A DNA stretch of 48,532 nucleotides, taken from the NCBI GenBank assembly GCA_964560145.1, contig CAZLKS010000002.1:1-48532 (forward strand). Direction: 5' to 3'. The position numbers were made by a program, and so were the translations under genes. Shown in pieces: positions 35,503-43,003 of the stretch. Numbering within the stretch: the first letter of the stretch is position 1; every line of letters starts with the position of its first letter. Source of the stretch: an uncultured Candidatus Saccharibacteria bacterium (GTDB lineage Bacteria; Patescibacteriota; Minisyncoccia; UBA6257; 1-14-0-10-44-23). The notes under the pieces were generated by a model. That model was not told where the DNA came from. It searched no databases and saw nothing but the letters and a program-made list of their open reading frames with translations.

Positions 35503-36699
35503 CTAAGTCTGTGGGGGTTCTACTGGAGGCATTCCATCTTTCTTCATTGAACGCGCGGTTAGGGCGAAGAGGACGATGAGCACGACACCCGCGAAACCGA
35601 TACCTGCCCATGGCAGCCACTTATACTTCTCGGTGACGCGGCTCTCTTCATCGTCACAGGCGTCGCCGATTTTATCGCTATCAACGTCAGCCTGATTCGC
35701 ATTGGTGATAGCCGGACAATTATCAACGGAGTTCATGAGTCCATCCTTGTCGAAATCATCGCAGGCATCACCACGGCCGTTGCCATCAATGTCTACCTGA
35801 TCTGGATTAGCAAGTTGAACGCAGTTGTCGCGAAGGTCTGGGATGCCATCCGAATCGCTATCAGCCATGCGATAGAATGGGTTTGGTCGACGAGGGGTTG
35901 TTCCGTCTAATCTGAGAATATCCTGGTTCGCGCTAAGGTTCGGCATCTCCCCCGTTGCAATGCTTGCCGCTCTGTCGGCGTTTGAATATATGCGGTACAG
36001 ATGATTTACCTGACCAAGAAAACGGATGGAGCGCGTGCTTTCGCCGCTATACTTTTCCTGGCCAAGTCGAAGCTCGGCAATGCGCAGTGGTTGACCGTAG
36101 GTAAAAGATATACGCCAGGTGCTTGCTGTTGTCTTCGGGAACTGCGTAAGTACACCAGACATTGCTCGCCGAGCAACAACAATCTTTTCGGAGCCGCCCA
36201 CGACTGCGCTGATTTCAATCGAAGTTGGTAGAGCAACGAATTCATCCAAAAAAGTACTAATAGCATCGCTCGTGATTGGAGCTGTCGAAGTAAGTGTTAT
36301 GACCGCCATACCGATGCCGGTTGCTGGCAAATCAAACTGCACCGAGCTGCTCAGATTATTGTCAATCAGAGCGCCTGCATCGACTGGCAAGCTCGCTATC
36401 GCAACGGCAGTAATCGGCAGCGTTTTGTAGATTGTAGTCTGCCTGACAAGGTTCGGTACAAATACATTGCCGGTTATATCGTAGACCGCGAACTGCGAAC
36501 GCTCCCAGTCACCGCCGGCGACTGGCACTTCGATGACCGTCGGAACTTTAACGGAAAATGCTGGCACATCCTGCACCTCACCGAATGCCGAGGTAGCAGA
36601 CTCACCATTGCTACCCTGCTGAGCGACCGCCACGCTGCTCGTGAGCAGTAAAACGGCAGCCCCAAAACTAACTCCGCGACTGAGTGACGATAGACGCAT
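35503..36699 (-). CDS. Secreted protein with thrombospondin type-3 (calcium-binding) repeats and a C-terminal TM anchor
   Basis: DSDSDGIPDLRDNCVQLANPDQVDIDGNGRGDACDDFDKDGLMNSVDNCPAITNANQADVDSDKIGDACD, with a signal peptide at the N-terminus and a TM helix near the C-terminus. Confidence 0.75.
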   Translation of the reverse strand: MRLSSLSRGVSFGAAVLLLTSSVAVAQQGSNGESATSAFGEVQDVPAFSVKVPTVIEVPVAGGDWERSQFAVYDITGNVFVPNLVRQTTIYKTLPITAVAIASLPVDAGALIDNNLSSSVQFDLPATGIGMAVITLTSTAPITSDAISTFLDEFVALPTSIEISAVVGGSEKIVVARRAMSGVLTQFPKTTASTWRISFTYGQPLRIAELRLGQEKYSGESTRSIRFLGQVNHLYRIYSNADRAASIATGEMPNLSANQDILRLDGTTPRRPNPFYRMADSDSDGIPDLRDNCVQLANPDQVDIDGNGRGDACDDFDKDGLMNSVDNCPAITNANQADVDSDKIGDACDDEESRVTEKYKWLPWAGIGFAGVVLIVLFALTARSMKKDGMPPVEPPQT

Positions 36700-36700
36700 A

Positions 36701-38455
36701 CTAGAAAGTTGTAGTTATTTTTTTCTTGCGGCCGATAAATGCCGTTGCCATAAGGAGTGCTCCGACGAGGAAGAAGGTAATGATTCTGCCACCCATCTCC
36801 ATATCCCAAACTTCAACGAGCAGCAGTCGTCCGACAACAAAGCCAAGCAAGATGCCACCATGGGTCTTAACCGCTTTGACATCGTTCAACTTGCCGTAGA
36901 AGTAGGTACTAACACCAATCAGGGTATAGGTCACGAGCGACATCATAGTCGCAACGTCCCCTATCGGTGCAAAGTAGTGGAAGGCGCCCCAGATGATGAT
37001 ATAGAGGAATGCTAGACCAACAACGATATATCCGTTGTGAAGTACCAGTGGAGTAACTGATTCAGCTCGACGTGACCGGAAGAACAGCCCGATAAAGAGA
37101 AGTGCAGCTGCCACAACCAAGAGTACAGAAACACTCCGAGCAAATGAGGAGCTGGAATCCCAGCCAAGCACACGAAATACGTAGGGTGTTGATAAAATGA
37201 GCGGAGCAATGAGAAGTAGTCCGGTGCCCTCAGCAAGGACAAGGTCGCGCACAAGGTAATACACCAGCAGCGGAATAACGGCAGCTTCGATAGTAAACGC
37301 AATAACCAGTGCAGCACCTTCGAGCTGAATCGCCGTTGCCGCAGCAAGGAACATCGTCGCCACACCCGCATAGAGTAAGAACGGCGCTGGTTGGCGTGTA
37401 ACCCGGAAAACCATGAATCCTCCACCAGCAAAAACAATCATCCAGGCAGAGATAATCAAAGTCTGCCACTCTGGCAAGATTCCGCACTTAATCCAAAGCA
37501 ATAGGAATATGCCGTTGCCCGCTGCAACTAACAGGTCCGCCTTTCGCTCTTTAACTGAGGACTTAAGTATGCCCAAAATGCCGACGACAAAGAACACGGC
37601 AGCAAAAGCGAAGGCAAACATCATGAGTGGACTCGTTGTTTGCAATGAGCCGAATATCCAAAACGAAGCACTGTACATCGAAACAATCATCAAGACTGCA
37701 AAAACAAGCGAACGCCAACCGGTTATAGCCACTACCCAGACCGTGCCGAGGGTTATGAGCAGTAGATAGCTAAATAACCCGACATTGTTTATCTGGCCCG
37801 AGTGAATCAAAACTGGAGTGAGTCCCGCGAGCACCATACTAATCAAGGCGAGACTCTGAACACGATACCGCACGCTCGCAAGGGCAACGAAAGCGGCCGT
37901 CAAGAACATAATTCCCAGCGCCGAAAATGGCGTAAAGAAATCATAGGTGACTCGTGCGGCAAAGATAGTCAGAATAACCGTCGCCGAACCAAGCACCAGG
38001 AAGATACCTCCCTGCTTTACGTACTGGCGCATACGATAGAATCCAAGGCCCATAAAAGCACATCCAGCAACGACTCCCAAAACAATTCTGCCAACCGGTC
38101 CAATCCAGTTGTTCATGAAAGCGTACGTCGTCAACCAGCTAAATCCGAGAAGCAACATAAACGCACCGAGCTTGACCAACCAGTCCTCCTTAATCCAAGC
38201 TGCAAAACTCTCCCCAGCTGTCGGTGTCGCCGGTTTGAGTTCGATTGGCGTAGCAGCACTCGACATGCTTGGCATAGGAGTGGCCGACTCAGCCACCGCT
38301 GACACCGGAGTAGCTACCGGTCGAACCGGAGAAGACTGAGTGAGCACACCAGCCTTCTTTTCTAATTCACGCACCCGTTTCGAGAGACTCGAGAGAGACA
38401 CCGCGATAACAACGAAAATAATAATTTCTATAAAAAAGAACATATGGTTAATCAT
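36701..38455 (-). CDS. DUF2339-like polytopic membrane protein
   Basis: 584 aa. An N-terminal helix with a charged linker (LSKRVRELEKKAG) and a low-complexity Pro/Ala/Ser spacer is followed by about 16 TM helices. Confidence 0.7.
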   Translation of the reverse strand: MINHMFFFIEIIIFVVIAVSLSSLSKRVRELEKKAGVLTQSSPVRPVATPVSAVAESATPMPSMSSAATPIELKPATPTAGESFAAWIKEDWLVKLGAFMLLLGFSWLTTYAFMNNWIGPVGRIVLGVVAGCAFMGLGFYRMRQYVKQGGIFLVLGSATVILTIFAARVTYDFFTPFSALGIMFLTAAFVALASVRYRVQSLALISMVLAGLTPVLIHSGQINNVGLFSYLLLITLGTVWVVAITGWRSLVFAVLMIVSMYSASFWIFGSLQTTSPLMMFAFAFAAVFFVVGILGILKSSVKERKADLLVAAGNGIFLLLWIKCGILPEWQTLIISAWMIVFAGGGFMVFRVTRQPAPFLLYAGVATMFLAAATAIQLEGAALVIAFTIEAAVIPLLVYYLVRDLVLAEGTGLLLIAPLILSTPYVFRVLGWDSSSSFARSVSVLLVVAAALLFIGLFFRSRRAESVTPLVLHNGYIVVGLAFLYIIIWGAFHYFAPIGDVATMMSLVTYTLIGVSTYFYGKLNDVKAVKTHGGILLGFVVGRLLLVEVWDMEMGGRIITFFLVGALLMATAFIGRKKKITTTF

Positions 38456-38508
38456 ACACCCGACTCCCCCAATGCAAAAGCCGCCCGAAGGCGGCTTTCA
38501 CGAAATTC

Positions 38509-39003
38509 TTAGTTATACAGGACGGTAACCGTCACGCTGCGACGGCCCCATTGGCGAGCATCAGCAAGGCTTTCCATCCAGATGTCGAAGCGAGGCTTCT
38601 TGAGACTCAAGTTTACGGCGTGGTCATTCTTCTGAGCCATGCGGTCACCACACGTATACGTACGGTCATTGATGATGACTTTAGTACCGAATGGGTACTC
38701 ACGAGAACATGCCAAGAGACCATCATAGACGTATTCGCCGTTCGCAGCGATAAACGGATCACTGTCGGTTTCCCCTACGCGAGAGGTGTAGGCGGTGAGC
38801 TCAGCGACGAACTTCTCTTCCTTCGGACGCTGAATATTCACCAAGGCGACGGTTGAGGCAGCGTTAAGCTGTGCAAATGAGCTAAACGGCTCAATTACCG
38901 GCTGCGCAACAGCCACGGGAGCCACCAAGGAAGACGCAAGAACAAGACCAAGGGCTATCTTTTTAAGGAACATAGTGCGACGAGGAACAGCAATGAATGT
39001 CAT
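38509..39003 (-). CDS. 3D-domain (MltA/YabE-like) cell-wall protein
   Basis: Signal peptide; ..LTAYTS..GETDSDPFIAANGE...GLLACS.EYPFGTKVII.DRTYTCGDRM is a 3D-domain pattern. Confidence 0.7.
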   Translation of the reverse strand: MTFIAVPRRTMFLKKIALGLVLASSLVAPVAVAQPVIEPFSSFAQLNAASTVALVNIQRPKEEKFVAELTAYTSRVGETDSDPFIAANGEYVYDGLLACSREYPFGTKVIINDRTYTCGDRMAQKNDHAVNLSLKKPRFDIWMESLADARQWGRRSVTVTVLYN

Positions 39004-39202
39004 AGTTCTTTGTTTTGCTACATTACTTAACGATTTAGGACGTTTCCTTCCTAAACAAAAACCCCCACTTCTGGAGATTTATAGGTACATTATAGCATAC
39101 TACGACCAGCTTGTCAATACCCCACAATATTCATAGAAATATGTCAATATTGAGTAGATTCTGAGCCCGTAAAGCCGCATTAAACATGCCTTCCCTGAAA
39201 TA

Positions 39203-39231
39203 TTGACTTTTAAGTGTTTAAATGATATAAT
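39203..39231 (+). promoter_or_regulatory. Near-consensus sigma-70 promoter of the helicase island
   Basis: TTGACT (39203..39208), a 17-nt spacer, then TATAAT (39226..39231), with a TG at the extended -10 position. A roughly 170-nt G+C-rich leader follows. Confidence 0.6.
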
Positions 39232-39407
39232 ATATGCGTCTTTTTGCCCTTTGAAAACCTACCAGACCACCCTGTCTGCACCGAGCGCAGCGTCTGTGCA
39301 TCGGGAGCTCCCCCGTCAAGGGAGCGACACATAGGGTGGGCTGAAGCTCCCTGTGTGATTAACGGGCCCATTGGGCTTTCAACACCTCACACGGGAGGGA
39401 CAACACA

Positions 39408-41690
39408 GTGTCGCAGAATGAAGATGAGAAGGTTGCTCTGAGTCTCGAGGCTCTTCCCATCACCGCGTTCCGGGATGAGATCGTCACGACGATCCGGGAG
39501 AACCCGGTCACCATCATCGTCGCCGACACCGGCGCCGGCAAGTCCACGCAGATTCCGAAGTACCTCCTCAAGGAGGGAGCGACGGTTCTCGTGACACAGC
39601 CCCGGCGTCTGGCGGCTCGAACGGTCTCCGCGCGCATCGCGTGGGAGATCAATCAGGAGCTGGGAGAGGAGGTCGGCTTCCGTACGGCGCACGAGCACCG
39701 ACACGGACCGCTGACTCGCTGCCTCTTCGTCACCGATGGACTCGCACTCGTGCGCAGTCTCCTCGGCCGGGGGCAGACCGATGTCCTCGTAATCGACGAG
39801 GTCCACGAACAGAACCTCAACGTCGAGGTGCTGCTCGCCTGGGCCAAGCTCCAGCTCTCGCAAGAATCGAAGTTCCGGGTCGTGGTGATGAGCGCAACGA
39901 TGGAGGCCGAGAAGATTGCGGCCTACTTCGATGGCGCCCCCATCATGAACATCCCGGGGCGGCTGTTCCCAGTGGAAGAGCGAGATCCAAGCCCGGACAT
40001 CCTGGACGATGTCGTCGCACTCCTCAAGGAGGGACGAAATGTCCTCGTGTTCCAGCCTGGAAAACAGGAAATCCAGGTGATGGTGGAGAAGATCCGGGAA
40101 CAAATTCCGGGCATCGCAGAGATTCTCCCCCTGCACGGCGAACTCGAACCGAACGAACAGGCGAAGGCCTTCCGTTCCTACGACAAGCCCAAGTGCGTGG
40201 TGTCAACCAACGTGGCACAGACCAGTGTCACGATTCCCGACATCGACGCCGTCGTCGACGGTGGCGAGGAGAAGCGTATCGAGGTGCGAGATGGCGTGGA
40301 GGGACTCTATCTCCGGCCTATCTCGCTCGCGGACAGCAAGCAGCGCAAGGGTCGGGCCGGACGTACCAAGCCCGGCATCTACGTGAACCACTGCCCGCAC
40401 CGCGAACAACCCGATTACCCGACGCCGGAGATCGAGCGGCTCCTACTCGATCACGTCGTCCTGCGTCTTGCCGAAGCTGGCCTCGACGCAGCGGAGTTGG
40501 AGTTCCTCCACCAGCCGAACCACGAGAAAATCGTGGAGGCGAAGGAGACTCTGCGGGCTCTCGGATGTCTCGACCACGAGGGCGCCGTGACCGAGATGGG
40601 CAGCGTCATCGCGCGTATGCCAGTCTCGGTTCAGTACGGCCGCATGATCATCGAAGCCGACCGCCTCGGCGTGGTCGACGACGTGATCACCATCGCTGCG
40701 TTGCTCGAAAGCGGTGCGATCACCGCTCGCGACAATGAGCGCTGGCAGGATCTGTGCCGAAACGAGCACACGAGCGACGTACTGGCTCAGCTCGCGATCG
40801 TCCACGCGATCTACGGCAAGAAACACAACCACGAGAGGCTCGTGGAGCTGGGCATCCACCCCAAGGCCTACGGTCGGTTCCTCGAGACGCGCAAGCACCT
40901 CCAGGAAATCGTTCGCCCTCTGGTGCGGAACCCAGGCTCCACCCAGGACCGCGAAGCGATCATCCAGTGCATCGTCACCGGAATGATCAACCACCTCTTC
41001 ACGCGGGTGCAATACTCGCGGCGGGGAGCGTCGTACGTGAACGGTACGAGTACAGCGATGCGGCGCATCGATCGCCGCTCGGTCCTGCAGTACGATAGCC
41101 CCGAACTCTTGGTCGGGGTGCCGTTCGACCTGAACGTGCGCGACCGCGACTTCGCGGAATTGACGAACACGATCAACCTCATCACCTGGGGAACGGCCGT
41201 GACCGTCGAACAACTTCTCGCAACCGCCCCGCACCTGCTGCGGATTGCGGAAAGTGAGATTCGCTACGAGTACTACGGAGACTCGATTTCCTGGACCCGC
41301 AGTGTCTACTTCGGGGACAGGGTAATCAAGACCGAGTACATGGTGAGCAAGACGCACCCGGAAAAGCAGCGCCTCAAGGCAGCCTGGCTGGCGGATCCGA
41401 TAAACCGCCGTGCATACAACCTTGATGCCCTGCCGGAACCGGCGAGGACCCCCTGGACGGAGACGCAGGAGGTGGTGCCGAGCTACGCACCCGCATCGCG
41501 CCCCGCCTACCAGCCGGTCGTGACCACCCACACCCTCACCCACGCCCAAAAGCGCACCTACCAGTGCGCCTGCGGACAGACGGTGGAGATGGGAGTCATC
41601 GCCTACGCCGACCTCAAGTCGGGCCGCATCAAGACGACGAAGCTCCGCTGCCCCAAGAGCAGTCAGGAATTCGTCGTTTCGCTGGAGTAG
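39408..41690 (+). CDS. DEAH/RHA-family ATP-dependent helicase (HrpA/HrpB-like, with HA2 and OB regions), G+C-rich (island c)
   Basis: Motif I ADTGAGKST, motif II VIDEVHEQ, SAT (MSAT), and motif VI QRKGRAGR. HA2-like segment LRALGCLDHEGAVTEMGSVIARMPVSVQYGRMII. C-terminal Cys pairs (CACG...CPKS). GTG start after GGGAGGG. GC3 is very high. Confidence 0.9.
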   Translation: MSQNEDEKVALSLEALPITAFRDEIVTTIRENPVTIIVADTGAGKSTQIPKYLLKEGATVLVTQPRRLAARTVSARIAWEINQELGEEVGFRTAHEHRHGPLTRCLFVTDGLALVRSLLGRGQTDVLVIDEVHEQNLNVEVLLAWAKLQLSQESKFRVVVMSATMEAEKIAAYFDGAPIMNIPGRLFPVEERDPSPDILDDVVALLKEGRNVLVFQPGKQEIQVMVEKIREQIPGIAEILPLHGELEPNEQAKAFRSYDKPKCVVSTNVAQTSVTIPDIDAVVDGGEEKRIEVRDGVEGLYLRPISLADSKQRKGRAGRTKPGIYVNHCPHREQPDYPTPEIERLLLDHVVLRLAEAGLDAAELEFLHQPNHEKIVEAKETLRALGCLDHEGAVTEMGSVIARMPVSVQYGRMIIEADRLGVVDDVITIAALLESGAITARDNERWQDLCRNEHTSDVLAQLAIVHAIYGKKHNHERLVELGIHPKAYGRFLETRKHLQEIVRPLVRNPGSTQDREAIIQCIVTGMINHLFTRVQYSRRGASYVNGTSTAMRRIDRRSVLQYDSPELLVGVPFDLNVRDRDFAELTNTINLITWGTAVTVEQLLATAPHLLRIAESEIRYEYYGDSISWTRSVYFGDRVIKTEYMVSKTHPEKQRLKAAWLADPINRRAYNLDALPEPARTPWTETQEVVPSYAPASRPAYQPVVTTHTLTHAQKRTYQCACGQTVEMGVIAYADLKSGRIKTTKLRCPKSSQEFVVSLE

Positions 41691-41714
41691 TCTTCCAGCC
41701 CCCACAGACCCAAA

Positions 41715-41755
41715 GGCCCGGCAGCGGTTCATTCCGCTGCCGGGCCTCTCTTTTT
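41715..41755 (+). terminator. Rho-independent terminator after the helicase (convergent with hsp20)
   Basis: ggcccggcagcgg-ttcatt-ccgctgccgggcc followed by tctcttttt. Confidence 0.8.
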
Positions 41756-41765
41756 ATGCACTTTC

Positions 41766-42230
41766 TTATTCAAGCTTCACATGCACCTTCTTACCTCCCT
41801 GGTGGTGCAACTTCGGCATCGTTATACGCAAAACGCCGTTTTTGATGGTCGCCTCAGCTCGATCAGCGTCAATCTCCTCGGGAAGGATGAGCGAACGACT
41901 AAATCTGCCCCAATAGCACTCTTGAAAGAAATAGTCCTTGTCTTTAACGGTATGCTCACGATGCCTTTTACCACGAATAGTCACCGACTCATTCGTAATG
42001 TGAATATCCAAATCATCGCTGTTCACTCCCGCAATCGGAGCTTCAACAACAATGTTCGTCCCCCGCTCGTAGACATCGATAGCAAGCTGTCCATCCCGCT
42101 CATCAGTGAGCTCAGAAGCGTCTGCCCCACGCAATTCATCACTGGTGCCGTGCACGTGCGTTGCCAGTGGACCGCCGTCATCGGCGGATTCAGATAATTC
42201 TGCAAAAAACTGTTTTACATCGCTGTCCAT
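41766..42230 (-). CDS. Hsp20/alpha-crystallin family small heat-shock protein
   Basis: ..AIDVYERGTNIVVEAPIAGV...L.I.....VTIRG.R........DYFFQECYWGRFSRS..LP..ID...A.A...NGVL.I..PK. Confidence 0.9.
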   Translation of the reverse strand: MDSDVKQFFAELSESADDGGPLATHVHGTSDELRGADASELTDERDGQLAIDVYERGTNIVVEAPIAGVNSDDLDIHITNESVTIRGKRHREHTVKDKDYFFQECYWGRFSRSLILPEEIDADRAEATIKNGVLRITMPKLHHQGGKKVHVKLE

Positions 42231-42245
42231 AGTAATAATGTCGTT

Positions 42246-42992
42246 TTAAATTAAATCATCGGGAGGCCCATTGAATATAATACCACCGGCCTTCTGTTCT
42301 TGTTCCTCTGCGCGCAACTCTTCGAAATCAACGAGCACGAAAAAAGCGATAGTAGCGACAAAAGCCAGTGCCCAACTCGCTGGACCTGTCGTTAGTATAA
42401 GGTAGTTGAATATGGAGTGCAATAAAACGGCGATAATTAATCCAGCAAGAATATGCAGCCAGAAATACCGCCGACGTACCCAACCGATTGCCCAGTGAAA
42501 ACCAATAATGCCAGCCGTTACACAATGCAGCAATGTTGCACCGAGAAACCGCAGCACGACAACTTCTAGAGATTTTGCACTCATGATTGCTCCATCAAGA
42601 CCGCCCTGATTAATCAATGAAGCGATGTTCTCAACAGCAGCGAAACCAAGTGCAACAGTAATCATATAAATCATTGCATCAATAGGCTCCTTAAATGAAG
42701 AGCGCCGACTGACCAAGAAGAAAACTGCAGCAAACTTTAACACCTCTTCAATCGCCGCCAAGATTGAAACACCATACATATCGTGCGATGAAATACCCCA
42801 GTCCGGCAGATATTTAAGTATTGTGACTTGTGCTAAAAGAGCAACGAAAGTAGTCACTGAACCGACCACAAAAGCGAAGATAATGTCTGGAATCGGCTCG
42901 GCGTGTTCACTCTCCTCAACGTCAAAAAAAATCAGCCAAATGATGCTGGGTAAGAGCCCGAGACCAAAAACTAAAGCATATTGAAGCAACAT
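42246..42992 (-). CDS. PrsW-family intramembrane metalloprotease
   Basis: AAIEEVLKFAAV (EExxK), ..FAAVEN.. and LHSIFN motifs in a protein with about 8 TM helices. Confidence 0.8.
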   Translation of the reverse strand: MLLQYALVFGLGLLPSIIWLIFFDVEESEHAEPIPDIIFAFVVGSVTTFVALLAQVTILKYLPDWGISSHDMYGVSILAAIEEVLKFAAVFFLVSRRSSFKEPIDAMIYMITVALGFAAVENIASLINQGGLDGAIMSAKSLEVVVLRFLGATLLHCVTAGIIGFHWAIGWVRRRYFWLHILAGLIIAVLLHSIFNYLILTTGPASWALAFVATIAFFVLVDFEELRAEEQEQKAGGIIFNGPPDDLI

Positions 42993-43003
42993 ACCCTTTC
43001 ATT

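Noticed and set aside
39387-41732. Long alternative-frame and antisense ORFs over the helicase (39387..40136 minus, 39641..40738 plus, 40443..41732 minus)
   Set aside because: Their proteins are Arg/Gly/Pro/His-rich and low-complexity, which is typical of open frames in high-GC DNA. The helicase frame carries all SF2 motifs and the GC3 skew.
39239-41764. Possible direct repeats flanking the helicase island (tctttttgcccttt at 39239..39252 and tctttttatgcacttt at 41749..41764)
   Set aside because: They are short, T-rich and interrupted by an indel. The right copy is simply the U-tract of the terminator, so they are not convincing as att sites.
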